A stretch of DNA of 63,257 bases, filler included, from Reticulomyxa filosa (Eukaryota > Protista > Foraminifera), in NCBI GenBank assembly GCA_000512085.1. It is 14 parts of 14 records of this genome, joined end to end, with 100 filler letters (N's around TTAATTAATTAA, not from the genome) between each part and the next. Parts side by side here need not be neighbours in the genome. Positions count along the whole stretch, not along the records: positions 13,545 to 27,651 come from ASPP01026591.1; positions 27,752 to 31,732 come from ASPP01023175.1; positions 31,833 to 34,287 come from ASPP01003904.1; positions 34,388 to 36,127 come from ASPP01020453.1; positions 36,228 to 38,089 come from ASPP01024307.1; positions 38,190 to 41,054 come from ASPP01007459.1; 8 more parts are not named here. One strand, written 5' to 3'. The translations under genes and the position numbers were made by a program. Of the stretch, positions 26,701-38,511 are shown in pieces (within the stretch, counting starts at the first letter, position 1; the number at the start of each line of letters is the position of its first letter). Under the pieces are notes generated by a model. It was not told where the DNA came from and ran no database searches. It was given only the letters and a program-made list of their open reading frames with translations.

Positions 26701-26822
26701 ACAGCTTTGACCACTTTGTCAATTGGAGAGAATTTTGTCTCCGAGATTCCCTCGGATGATTGTCCATTTGGCTTTAGCTCGGACTGTGAGCGAAAGACAT
26801 TATAATCTTTTTTGCTGAACAT
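23735..26822 (-). CDS. ICE2/NARG2-like protein (little elongation complex subunit 2-like) with three C-terminal CCCH zinc fingers
   Basis: Ordered ICE2-like blocks: ELRNKVEAEQ; VIMSSTVVNTL..FVLPWKV..LLFGKPV..RTANAKYH; YSLWNL..ILIR; IKLEY..YGLE..QWYFSCLLR..VLSRI; HIPDTFP. Then CSMLLSHGIC..C..H, CWEYALGSCPREDKCDWPH and CQDFSKYGTC..CQHLH. Two 1-nt indels (~24425 and ~23928). Confidence 0.7.
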
Positions 26823-27199
26823 TATTTCGTACACGTTTATGTTCACTTTTTTAAAAAATTTGACTTTAGCTTGAGAACAATACATTAATTATAAATTTTT
26901 GTTTAGTTTTGTAATTGCTTTATTAGGAATGTTTCATCAAATGTCTTTGTTGAACTGCTTTTAGCGAAAGAGATTTCGTTACTGTTTTTATATTACAAAA
27001 ACAGACATTATCGCAACCACCGTTGTACACAAGATGCGATATGATTCTGTTGTAAGCAATTGCAACAATGAAGGACGAAAAGGGGGAGAGAAAAAGATTC
27101 TGAATTTTATATTTACAAAAAAAAAATTTTTGTTGAAATTAATTTGTTTGAAATTTTATCGTGACTTTGAAGATTTTTATTTGTAAGCACTAGAAGAAG

Positions 27200-27651
27200 A
27201 TGCCAGATAAAGTTCGAATACCTCGCAAACGTTTGGAATTGTTGAATCAAGTATTGTGGTACACGTTTGCGTCAATGAAGGGAGAAGTAGTAGCAGTGAC
27301 GACAAAAAAAGGGGAGCGACACATTGGGATATTGTCACAAATATCAGAGAACGACAAAGACAAAACGTTGGACATAGTATTGGAGTATGCACAAACTCAC
27401 AACGGTAAGTTGGATGAGACGATAGACTTGAGCAAGTTTTGCAACGGGACACACTACAAAGCGCAACTGACAATAAGTTCGAACGACTTTGCCTATTTGT
27501 ACGCGCCCAAGATTGTGTTTGACCATGACAAGCAAGAGGACCCAGAGAACATTGGAAAAGAGAGAGAGCTGAAGCCCTTTAATTACGAGAACTTCATGGA
27601 GAGTACAAGCAATAGCAATAGCAATAGCAATAGCAATGGCAATGGCAATGG
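27200..27651 (+). CDS. ATXN2: Ataxin-2/Pbp1 family protein, N-terminal Lsm (SM-ATX) domain, truncated
   Basis: NQVLWYTFASMKGEVVAVTTKKGERHIGIL..IVLEYA..LTISSNDF followed by ERELKPF. Confidence 0.75.
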
Positions 27652-27804
27652 NNNNNNNNNNNNNNNNNNNNNNNNNNNNNNNNNNNNNNNNNNNNTTAAT
27701 TAATTAANNNNNNNNNNNNNNNNNNNNNNNNNNNNNNNNNNNNNNNNNNNNAAAAAAAAAACACACACACATGCAAGAGTTGCCAACATATCAAATTTGA
27801 TGCA

Positions 27805-27839
<35 letters not shown>

Positions 27840-27852
27840 ACGTATATAATCT

Positions 27853-28800
27853 TTAAACTTCTCCTTTTTGCTTCATTTCATCAATGTAATAATTAGCAGT
27901 GGTGAGGACCGTACTATGAAGCTGCTTCAGCACATCCAGGACGTGCATAAATGCCAAGGACGATGCTTTTATGTTGGCTCTGTTGATTTCTGGCTCTGGT
28001 ACCAATACTTCCGAGTCGAGCAACGGAGTTCGCACATCTCTGTGAACGAGCTCGGGAATCTGTCGTGTTTGAAGATTCTTTGTTTTATAGGCATACCGAT
28101 AACCAGGTTGAGATTGGTTCGTTGTTTCTTTCTATATTAAAAAAAAAAAACAATAACACATCATACATATACAAATACACGTATACACAAGAGTAAGACA
28201 AAATGATGATTTCAAAAATAAATACATTACACCTTTGCTTCTTCATTAGATATGTCTTTTTGCTGGTATTCAATTTGGCTCTGATCGACAGAAGAGTGTG
28301 GTTCCTGCTCGTTCTCTTTGGCATCGTTGTAATGAAGAATGTTCAAGTCGATCAACTCGTTTCGCGCCAAACGATTGGAAATTTCGTCTTCCAATTCATT
28401 GGAAATGGATTGCCGTCGCATTTTCTTTGCTTTTTGAGCTTGTTGAAGATTATTGAATGCCCCATAAGGAACGATACCGGATTGTTCGAGCATCAACACA
28501 CTTGGACGATTTTTCAAGTTTAGCTTTCTGTTCAACTTCTGCTTCAATGCTTTTTTCGCTTTTTTTTGTTCTTGTCGAGCAGTATCAGCGTCATTGTCAA
28601 AATACGATGGAAAAATCAGATACCGTTCGACCATTTCCGTTTTGGAAGGTCGTTCAGATAGTCGATGGTTTAACTTGTTCCGAATTGCCGACCAAGGATT
28701 AGCCGACGAGTATTGATCAGTATGGTCCATACTGTTTGGCGATTCTGTCATTATGCCATTTTGTTCTAATTGTTGTCTCATGTCATTGTGTTCCTATTAC

Positions 28801-28834
<34 letters not shown>

Positions 28835-31670
28835 GTAATAAAATGATATAAATATATGAACATGTAATATATTAGTATGCACAGCACAAAACATAAGATA
28901 ATAAACAGACAACCACAAACCAAAGCTTTTTCTAATAATCCTCTCGCAACGGTCATAGAATAGTCTGGATTTTGATTCAAGCGCTCTTTCAAATCATTGA
29001 CAATCGATTTTTTACGTCGCCGTTTAGTGGCAATGGCTTGTTCTGCGTCTGAAAAGTAGCCTTTCGGAACGATGCCTTGTACTTCCAGATCCACAATAGT
29101 AGTTCTCCGCCCGATATGATCTTGCTGCGTTTGCTCCGGCTTGGACGTGAGTACACTCTCACCTTCCTTGGGCAAAATACCAAGCGCCCGCACATCGTCG
29201 ATCGACTTTCGCCGTTGCAAGCCATACTGCAACTGCTGCGCCTGGTTTTGAATGGCTGGCGCCATTTCCGCAGAATATAGTATACGTTTTTCCACCAATT
29301 GCTGTTGTCCAGGACGATGCGATATTTTGCGTTCTAGTTCCAACAATCGTCTTCTCTCCACTTCTTCGGAGTCCTCTTCCGATTCATCCGTCGTCTCATG
29401 TTCCCACGTCTCTCTTTCCCAATGTTGTTCGTCACCGGAAGCGTGTTCCGTTGGCTGATTGTCCAGCTTGCCCACTATGCCTTCTGCTACCACTTCTGTG
29501 TATTGTGGATTTTCCAGTAATCGTTGGTGCAATTCCAATACAATACTTTCTTGTCTGCGACGTCCTGCTCGAATATCTTCGGCCTTTTTTTTTTTTTTTT
29601 TTTTTTTTATGTACATACGTATATATGTACATATAATACGTATATACATATAATATGTACATATTGTGGTTAACATTGTTAATAAAGACAAACCTTTTGT
29701 CGGAAATAACCCTGGGGCACAACACCCCTGGACTCCAATTGATAGCAAGGATTGAAAAGTGAGTCCAGTCCTCGTGACAGGGAGTGAACGGTCCCTTTGC
29801 GAGCGAGTTTGACAGCTTGGTCGGCTTGTTCCTTGTCCAAATACAAATACTCTTCACGAGTTAGTCCCCTTTGCACCAACTCTTTGGGCGTAGAGCGGTT
29901 GACCATTCGCAGCTTTAGATCTTCCGTTGCCAATCGACGTCCAATACTTTTCAACTCGACGGTGGAAGACGGGTCGTCAAAGTAGTTCCCTTCGGGGATC
30001 ACATTTCTTTGTTGCAGTTGTTGTGGTGTCGAGCGAAGAGAAAGTCTTCTCACCAAACGCTTTGTCACAAATTTGCGTTTTTTACGTTGCCTTTTTTTTT
30101 TTAATGTTTAATTTGTTCGATTTTTTTTTTTTTTTTTCCCCCCCCCCCCCTCCCATTTATGTTGCATAAACAATAATACAATACATATATGAATACGTAT
30201 ACGTATATATTATATATATGTATACGTATGTATGTAGTATGTACCTCCACGTCTTGACGATTGATTTCCATAAGTAAAGCAGGCCTGATGGTGTTAATCT
30301 TGATGTCAGTCAATGTATTCTGCAGAAGGAGGTCTTCGTTATCTAACAGAGAAGGTTGCTGTTGCAACTGGCGTTGCATTTTATGAAAGGCATTATCGAC
30401 GACATAGTCCAGGTCTAATTGGAGTGGAAAAGCCCCCATTTGTTCGCAATAGAGTTGAATAACGCTATCTCGTAATTTCTCCTGCAACAAGTATGCGCTT
30501 TCGGTCAATGCCTCCGAAGCATGTCCTGCAAACACTACACCATCGTCCACTAATGCCTGAAAGTCGATTCGCTGGGTCAAATTCTCAATCGGGGTGTCGT
30601 GATCTCCGGACAGTTGCAACTCCATCGAATTTCTTTTTCGGTCATTAGTTGCTGTATCTTTCTTTTCCTCGTTGTCTTGCTTTCTTTCATTCTTTGTCTT
30701 GGAATGATTGTGTGTCGGATCTGTACAGTTGGGCTCACGGCAAAACTTTATTGGCGATGCTTGTTCATACTTTTCGAGAAGGTCTTCGGCAATTACTTCT
30801 GACGTTTCCTCGACAAAAGGCAACTTGTCTTTCAAGTCTTCTAATGCACTTGAAAACCGATGATGTCGAACTGCGATACTCTTCAATTGTTCCATCAGGT
30901 TAGTACCGATCATAAAAGATGATTCATTGGTATTGTCGTTTGCTGCAGTTGCATTGACATCATGGAGTCGTTTTTTAACTTCCAAATGCTGGCGTAACCC
31001 TTTTTTTTTATGTTGCAAGTTCTGTTTTTTCGCCGCTTCGACTTTTTCTTTGTCTTTGAAAAAGTAATCAGAGTCAGGTACAATTCCTCGATAGACCATT
31101 TCTTTCGGTTTTGACCGTTGCGCTAAAAATGTTTGCAAGTGTCTTTCGGTATCTTCGACTTGATTTTGTCGTTGTTTGTAAGCCTCTTCCTGTTCTCAAA
31201 CCAGACAAACAGTCTCCAAAGAAGAGACGAAAAGAAAATGATTCAAAAAAAAAAAAAAAAAAAAAAAACAACAACAACAACAAGAAACTGGGTCTTCCCA
31301 ATAGCCTTGGTATGGAACAATGCCCCTGTCAATCAGTTCTTGCGGATTCATTCGTTGGGTCAATCTAACCTTCAATTGTTTTCTAGCGTCCGCAAAGGCC
31401 TTTTGTTTTCTCTATAAAAAAAAAAAAAAAAAAAAAAATGTGTTTATAACCATGCAAAGATGCACATTTATCCAATAATAACAAGAGCAATAAAGAATAC
31501 GAAACTTCTGATGCAATGTCTCCAACACCATCATTTTCCTCTCCTTTGAGAAACTCTGCAAGGTCTTCTTCTGGAATTTTTAAGATACCCCGTTGCACCA
31601 TTTCATCTAATTCAAACCTTTCTTCTAAAAAGTTATCCAAATATTCTTGAGTCAATCTGCGTTCACGTGT
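27853..31670 (-). CDS. Large RPEL-repeat (G-actin-binding) protein, multi-exon, partial at both ends
   Basis: About 15 L-x2-R-x4-E/Q-L-x2-R/K-G/N-I units, e.g. ISHRPGQQQLVEKRIL, LSERPSKTEMVERYLI, LKNRPSVLMLEQSGIV, LSLRSTPQQLQQRNVI, LTQRMNPQELIDRGIV. Confidence 0.8.
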
Positions 31671-31698
31671 TCGATTAGATATACTCTCTTGCTTTTGT

Positions 31699-31731
<33 letters not shown>

Positions 31732-32149
31732 TNNNNNNNNNNNNNNNNNNNNNNNNNNNNNNNNNNNNNNNNNNNNTTAATTAATTAANNNNNNNNNNNN
31801 NNNNNNNNNNNNNNNNNNNNNNNNNNNNNNNNAAAAAGTGGTTACAGTAAATATTTCGACGATTTCCAAAAAAAAACAAGAACAAAATGTTTGAAGCAGT
31901 CAGGACTGCAAAAATGCTCATTTAGCATTTCCTCATCTTTAATATAATCAAATTTATATCTGTGTGTATTGTGTATATCGCAATCGTTTTACATTTTATT
32001 ATTATTTTTTTTTTGATTGGGTGAAAAAGTAGATCATCTAAAAATTTATTTGTTCCACTTTGACTTGTGGACTAGTGAACAAGATGAAAAACCCCTCCAA
32101 AAAAAGATACCTGTACAATTCTAGTCTTATAAATACGCTTGTGTCGTTC

Positions 32150-32600
32150 CCACGTTTCAGCACAACTGTCATTTGGTGTTGTTCTTTGTAAAAATACACA
32201 TAGATCTAATCGGGCTAAGACAAGCATCGCAAGAGAAAGAATGCTCTTTGACACGCCCGTGATAATGACATGCCTTTTCGAATATTATTATTCAAGTGAC
32301 CAACTCCAACGGGGTCATGACTTTTAGAAGTAAGGGTCCATGTGCTTGCGGATCGAAATCCCGTTTCTCATCGACCTTTTCCACAATGCATTCCAAATTG
32401 CGATCGGCCATCGCAATGATCAATTCGGCTAAGTGTGTGAGTGCCTCCTTGGAAAGGTACTTGAGCTGGCCACGTCCATCAAGCATGACTAAGATGTTGT
32501 CGGGATGAGTGTCACTTTTGAATCTCTTATTTTTGAAGATTTGATATCCATGCACTAACAGCAGCGTTTTCAGAAAAAGCACCAGATTGGGCACTGCGGG
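32150..32600 (-). pseudogene. ABC1/UbiB (ADCK) atypical kinase relic
   Basis: HGYQIFKNKRFKSDTHPDNILVMLDGRGQLKYLS..LAELIIAMA resembles QIFxxGFFxxDPHPGNILV..LDFGxxKxL, with the LxLLDF segment deleted and no intact N-lobe. Confidence 0.6.
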
Positions 32601-33011
32601 TGCGTCATACGAGAGATAGAGCACTGACTCTGACAGCCTGTCAGGCCACGTCAGCAGGATAAACAGCAGAGTAAGCATGCAAGTGAGTAAAACGTTAGTA
32701 TGTTGTACAAATCTCTCAGCTTCTTTAATGTGTAAGAGAAAAGATTATCATGCACAAGTATGAAGGGGGAGAAAAAGCAACAAACTTATGTACGTGTGGA
32801 CTAAATTCGTAATACTTAACGTTGAAATAATTTTTAAAATAAATAAATAAAAAGTTTAGTAATTTTAAAACAAAATTGGAAAGTTATTTTTTTTTGACTT
32901 AATAATGTTACTAGTGGCAGCGGAAGGGCTATGAGAACGAAAAAAAGGTTTTGTTCTAATCAATGATCTTTTGAAGTGCAGACAGTTATTGAAGTGCTAA
33001 TAACAAAAAAA

Positions 33012-33660
33012 ATGACAAAAAAGAGCGTGTTATTGTGGTGGGTGTTATGGTGTAGCACTTTGGTTGTGTGGACGACGTTAGTAACGACTGGCAACATGAA
33101 CGCACGTCCGTCAGACGACACTTGCATTGAGTGCAGCCAAGCGCAAAATTGTTCAACAGAAGACTGGGTGTGTGTTGAATTGGCAGCAAACGGACACAAC
33201 ATGGACACACACGACGAGAGGTTGTTAATGGAAAACGAGCTGAAAGAATTACGAACACGGCCATACTTACGTATCGCGTAGTGTTCCACAACAACACAAT
33301 GACTTTATCGTCTTGACATCAACACATTGTATTCGAACACTACCAACTTTTTTAGGTTTTGGCGAGTTTTATTTCGGTCATGCGCATATCATGAGTTTTC
33401 GAATGGTGTAAGTACTTCCTCAATCCACAAGTATACGTAGACCAATCGCTGTCTATGGGGGATACAGATGGAAGAATAATCACTTGTCGTACGTGGAAGA
33501 CCCATTGACAGATGCTCATCGTTATCGTTATCAAGGCACAGACGCAGTAGATCTTCGAGGTCACTCAGAGCACTTATCGCATATAGGACGACGATGCTCG
33601 ATCACAATTTCACCGCACAAGAACACATTCATGGACCCATCTATTCAATTCCTACTTTAG
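33012..33660 (+). CDS. Hypothetical secreted or membrane-anchored Cys-containing protein (exon structure uncertain)
   Basis: N-terminal hydrophobic segment (VLLWWVLWCSTLVVWTTLV), then CxxC..C..C. Further coding-like sequence follows a putative intron at ~33271-33355. Confidence 0.35.
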
Positions 33661-34453
33661 TGGCAATGAGACCACGTCACAGCCTGTTATAATCTTTTAC
33701 AGATCGCTTTGGTCATTGCTTATACTTTTTTTTTTAATTAGTTGTGATCTTATTTGTGTACATGTTGTAGTGACTTTTGTGGAACATTGGTTGAAATATG
33801 TTGACTTGTTGAGTGTTATTTGATCACCTTTTTTTTTCCCAATGTTTTTGCTGAAGAAGGGCTCGTGTTTTATTGTCTTTTTCGCTTTTGCTATTTTCAA
33901 AAAAGAAAAGGATTCTGTCTTTTTTTTTTTTAAGTAACATTATTCATCGCAAAATTTTGTTGAGATAGAAAAATGAACAATCCAAGGAGGGAATACTTGG
34001 AGATGAAAGATGTTTTCAACTGCACCAACGGAAAAGAATGCAAGAAAGTATTAAAATTTGGATTGCTTTTTTTAAATCAACTGGCTCAGATATGGATCAG
34101 AAAAGAATAATTCAAAAAAAAAAATGCAGCTATATTGAAAGATAGCAACAATCATCAGAGCACATAAAACACACTTGCACTACAGTGATGATAAATCACA
34201 CAATGAAACTAATCACATTGAAAAAACAACAAAAGAAAGACAATTCAATGCGTTGACTTGTTATATCAACGAAGGGATTAGACTGACNNNNNNNNNNNNN
34301 NNNNNNNNNNNNNNNNNNNNNNNNNNNNNNNTTAATTAATTAANNNNNNNNNNNNNNNNNNNNNNNNNNNNNNNNNNNNNNNNNNNNATATATATATATA
34401 TATATTTATATATTTATATATGTATTGTGTTTTGTTTCGACAAACACGCATAC

Positions 34454-35465
34454 CTGAAATATGTACAATTGTTTCGTCTTCTTGGCGAGCTCGGGAACAA
34501 TTTGAATGGCGCTTGGACCTGTGTGCGTATGTAGTATCGCAAAGACCACGAAAGTGAGAGTAAAGGACGATGCAAGAGAGTGGGGACTCAACCAGTGCCA
34601 ATGACTCCCACGCGCTTGTTTTCGTAATCGAACGAGTGATCCCATTCCGCAGAGTGGAAGAGCTTGCCTTCGTACTTGTTTATATCTTTGAACTGCACTT
34701 TCTTGGGCACGTTCAGTTGGCCCACACACGAGATATACACATTGCTCGTGTCATGCACGTGGATAGCCTTGGTCGTATCGTCCTCTTCCACGCCTGATCT
34801 CTCCTGGAACTGCGCAATGTCAAAGTGCCACAAGTGCGAGACTTGGTCGTATCTCGCGGAGACAACGCGGTGGTTCAATTGAATGTGTGATCCAATGTCA
34901 TACTTGTCTATCACGTAGTGCAGGTAGGCCAGCAATTCCGATTGCGGCGGAAAGTTTCGTGACCATCGATAATGTGTCTCAAATGAATAGCTGTACATAT
35001 TTACTGGAATGTCGCACGCGCAGCCAGGATATGTGTTGTAGTACCTTTGCCACGGAGTGTGTGTGTGTGTGTGTGTTCATTATACAACTGCTCAGTGTTG
35101 GTCTCCACCCTCCAAACAACATACAAACAACAACAAGAAAATTCCAATGTTCGAATTTACCATGTTCCGCCAATACTTGGCGCTTTTTCATAAATTATAA
35201 AATTGTTTATTCCTTTCAATTTCAATTTTACTCCACACAAAATGCCACCAATTCCAGCTCCTATAATCACGATTCGAAAGTTTTGAGACTGCAACTTTTT
35301 CTTAAGCTTGTTCCGGTGTTGTCTGTCTTTCAGACGACGAAGCGCTTTCCAAAGAATATACGTCCCAAGGATTGCGCAGAGATACTTGGAGGAATTGTTC
35401 AGTCGAGACCAGACATGGCCTATAAGTCTACTGAATTGCAATATAATGTCTTTCACTTGGGCCAT
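34454..35465 (-). CDS. Baeyer-Villiger (class B flavin) monooxygenase, 5' half, truncated by the contig edge
   Basis: IIGAGIGG, EKAPSIGGTW|YYNTYPGCACD, BVMO fingerprint YEGKLFHSAEWD, second Rossmann motif RVGVIGTG|PSAIQIVPEL. Spliceosomal introns present. Confidence 0.92.
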
Positions 35466-35703
35466 TACTTGACCTGTAAGTGCAAACTTTTTCTAAGAAT
35501 CCTGAACAACTGTACAAATCGGACAAACCACAGCCTTTTTGCCTAGTCCTCACAAAACACAATCTAAAAATAGACGCTTTTTTTTTTGCAAACGAAACAA
35601 ATGAGTTCTATAGAAGGTGCAAGGGACCAGCGGCTTGTTAAAACCAAAAAAGACCTTTATTGAACATAATAGTGAGTAACTCTTAATACTCAATCCTCAG
35701 CAC

Positions 35704-36043
35704 ATGACAACATTACCCAAGAGTAATGTCAAAGCACCTCCTCCAAGACCAAAAGGGTCTCCGCGAACTCCAGTAAAAGCGAAAGATAAGGAAGGAGGGA
35801 AAAAAGAGAAAGGACCAAAACCAAATGAACAATCGGAAGAAGACCGAGAAAGAGAAGGTTTACGAGAGAAAGCAATAGTGGAATTAATTGAAACAGAGAC
35901 TACTTATTGTGGTTTATTAGACAAGTTGTGTCAGCATTATGTGATACCCTTACGAGATTACAAACTAATCAATGAAGAGCAGCACAAAACATTGTTTCCT
36001 CAGCTCGAAGTCATTAAGCAATTGTCGGAAACTTTTTTGCATG
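35704..36043 (+). CDS. Dbl-homology RhoGEF, first exon
   Basis: REKAIVELIETETTYCGLLDKL..YVIPL..LFPQLEVIKQLSETFL is the DH domain N-terminus. A Pro-rich segment precedes it. Confidence 0.88.
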
Positions 36044-38269
36044 GTTAAATTTTCAACTCATTGGCTAATATTATTTCCTTGTCACCACCTTCGTTTTTTG
36101 TTCCCTTTTTTTTTTTTTTTTTTTTTANNNNNNNNNNNNNNNNNNNNNNNNNNNNNNNNNNNNNNNNNNNNTTAATTAATTAANNNNNNNNNNNNNNNNN
36201 NNNNNNNNNNNNNNNNNNNNNNNNNNNGCAGTGCGTACAAACTACACACAGTCAAATAAAATACAAGAATCGTTGGAGTAAAAAAAAAAAAAAAAGTATA
36301 ATGCGAAACATGATCGCTCAAGTGTCATCATTTTGTTTTTTCCAATGTCCTTATTTTTTATGCATATAACTAGAAGAATGATCGATGGAATATTTTGCTT
36401 TATGTAGTAAAAAATTGTGTCAAATACTTTGGTGATGGCAGAAGAGAGAAAAAGAGAACCAAATGATGAATGAATATATTTATATACGTTTGTACCTTCA
36501 TGTACATTACTAGACATCAACTGCCAAGCAATTTCGTATACAGCAAGAACACAGTTTCAAAACACTTGACTTCAGAATAATAGTCGAATGATAGTGGTGG
36601 TGATCAGTGTAGATTCGTGGCAACAATGATATCTTCTTTAAAATGTAATACATGACTTGAAATGTCAATTAAAGAATTCAATTAATACAATTTAATAAAT
36701 AGTGAAAACAAGAAGAGGTGCTGTTGCAAAAGCATATATTCGTTTGGCCTTTTTTATATGTTCTTACAGAACAACTTGACAAATCAATTGAACATCTTTA
36801 AATATTAAACAAAAGTGGTTGGAAATATGGATGATCATGTTGATAAAGAAACATCTGCTTTGATTGTGGCATTTACGTGTGAGTAGAATGAGTGTAAAAG
36901 TTAAATGAACAAGAAAAATCGTTCTTTTTTTTTTTATCACAAAAACTTTTGAAAGTAATGTCACTGAATAAAACGTTTAGTCAAAATCCTCTTTGTAAAT
37001 AACAACTATGACCCGAATTTTAACTTTGGTGAGTTAATTTTGGCAAAGATCACTTGCTGCACTTTCCAAAAGTTCAGTGTACATTATATTTGGATCAACG
37101 CATATTTGAACTGCTCCAAAATGCCAGTTGTTCCATTTCATATTTTTGATTTGGTGCTAAATTAATCAAGGGAATATAAAATTTGATTTTTTTTTTTTTT
37201 AATCCACTGGGAAAACACTTTTGGAAAAAATAAAAAAAACAACCAATCAATTACTATTAAAAGCAAAATATATCATTTTCTACAAATTTTTTTTTTGTAA
37301 TTGAACAAATAAATATTTTTTAATAAGGTTATGTAAAAAATTGAAGTTTTCGTTCACTTATTTTGTTTGATATTGGGCTGGCCCCCTTTGGGTAATGTCC
37401 GAAATGAAGTCTCTAACAAATTTTGAGACCTCAGTACAGAAAACAAAGTAGGTCAATGTGTTAGAGGTTCATAATTTCGAATACGAATGAAGATTTGAAA
37501 ATTCTTTCTTCGAAACATTTTCTACTTTTAAAAACGTCTGCAAGTGGGAGATCAATTGAAGAAGAAAGCAGAATAAATTTTTTGCATTGCGTACAAACTA
37601 CTTACGCACAATCAAATGAAATACAAGAATTGTTTGTGGATAGAAAAAAAAAAAATGTAATGAGAAACATTGTCTTTCAAGTATGTCCTCGTAATTGCAT
37701 TATCAAAAAAAATTTTTTTTTAATATGATGAAATGTTACTTATGGATTGGATAAAGTTTATGTGAATTTTTGTATTGACGTTGTTTTAAAACACTTGACT
37801 TTGAAGCCATCGTCGAATGATAGTGGATGCAGTTAATGTAGAATTATTTTCTCTTCAATATGTAACGATTCTCCAAGATTATATTTTGTAAATATGTTCC
37901 TCTCTTTTTCTTCTAACTTTAAATAAATTTTTTATTTCATAGATTACTTCAACGAATATAAAGAAATTGCACAAAACTTACAGTAATATTTTTACATTGC
38001 CGAAGCATCAATTAAATCAATTGTTGCGTGAAGAAAAAACTAAAAGCAATTTGTTAAATTGCTTTACTCATATGTAATTTTTTTGTTTCNNNNNNNNNNN
38101 NNNNNNNNNNNNNNNNNNNNNNNNNNNNNNNNNTTAATTAATTAANNNNNNNNNNNNNNNNNNNNNNNNNNNNNNNNNNNNNNNNNNNNTTTTTTTGTTG
38201 TTGTAGTTGGGTTGAAAGGACCAGAAAAAGGTAGATTTTTTTGGTAGGTCTTTTCGGGTCAAACTTAAC

Positions 38270-38511
38270 GGTCACTCAACACCTCGTATGCTCGACCGAT
38301 TTCTTTAAACTTCTCTTCTGCTTGTTCTTTGCTGTCTGGGTTCTTGTCCGGATGCCACTTGACCTGTTTTTCAATTTTCCATTTGTCCTGTTTGTGACGT
38401 AACAAAACATTCACATTTAGCCTTAACGGCCAATTTTTTATAAGCCTTTTTCAGCTCTTGTTCAGTGGCATCACGCGATACTCCTAATATCTTATAATAA
38501 TCCTTTGCCAT
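38270..38511 (-). CDS. DnaJ/Hsp40 J-domain protein (DNAJB-like), 5' exons; absent from the ORF track
   Basis: [28 protein letters not shown]|[31 protein letters not shown], with the HPD motif and a short GT-AG intron. Confidence 0.93.

Noticed and set aside
33230-33410. ERO1-like similarity (ELKELRTRPYL..RFWRV..C)
   Set aside because: Requires an assumed indel, and the ERO1 CxxCxxC core is absent.
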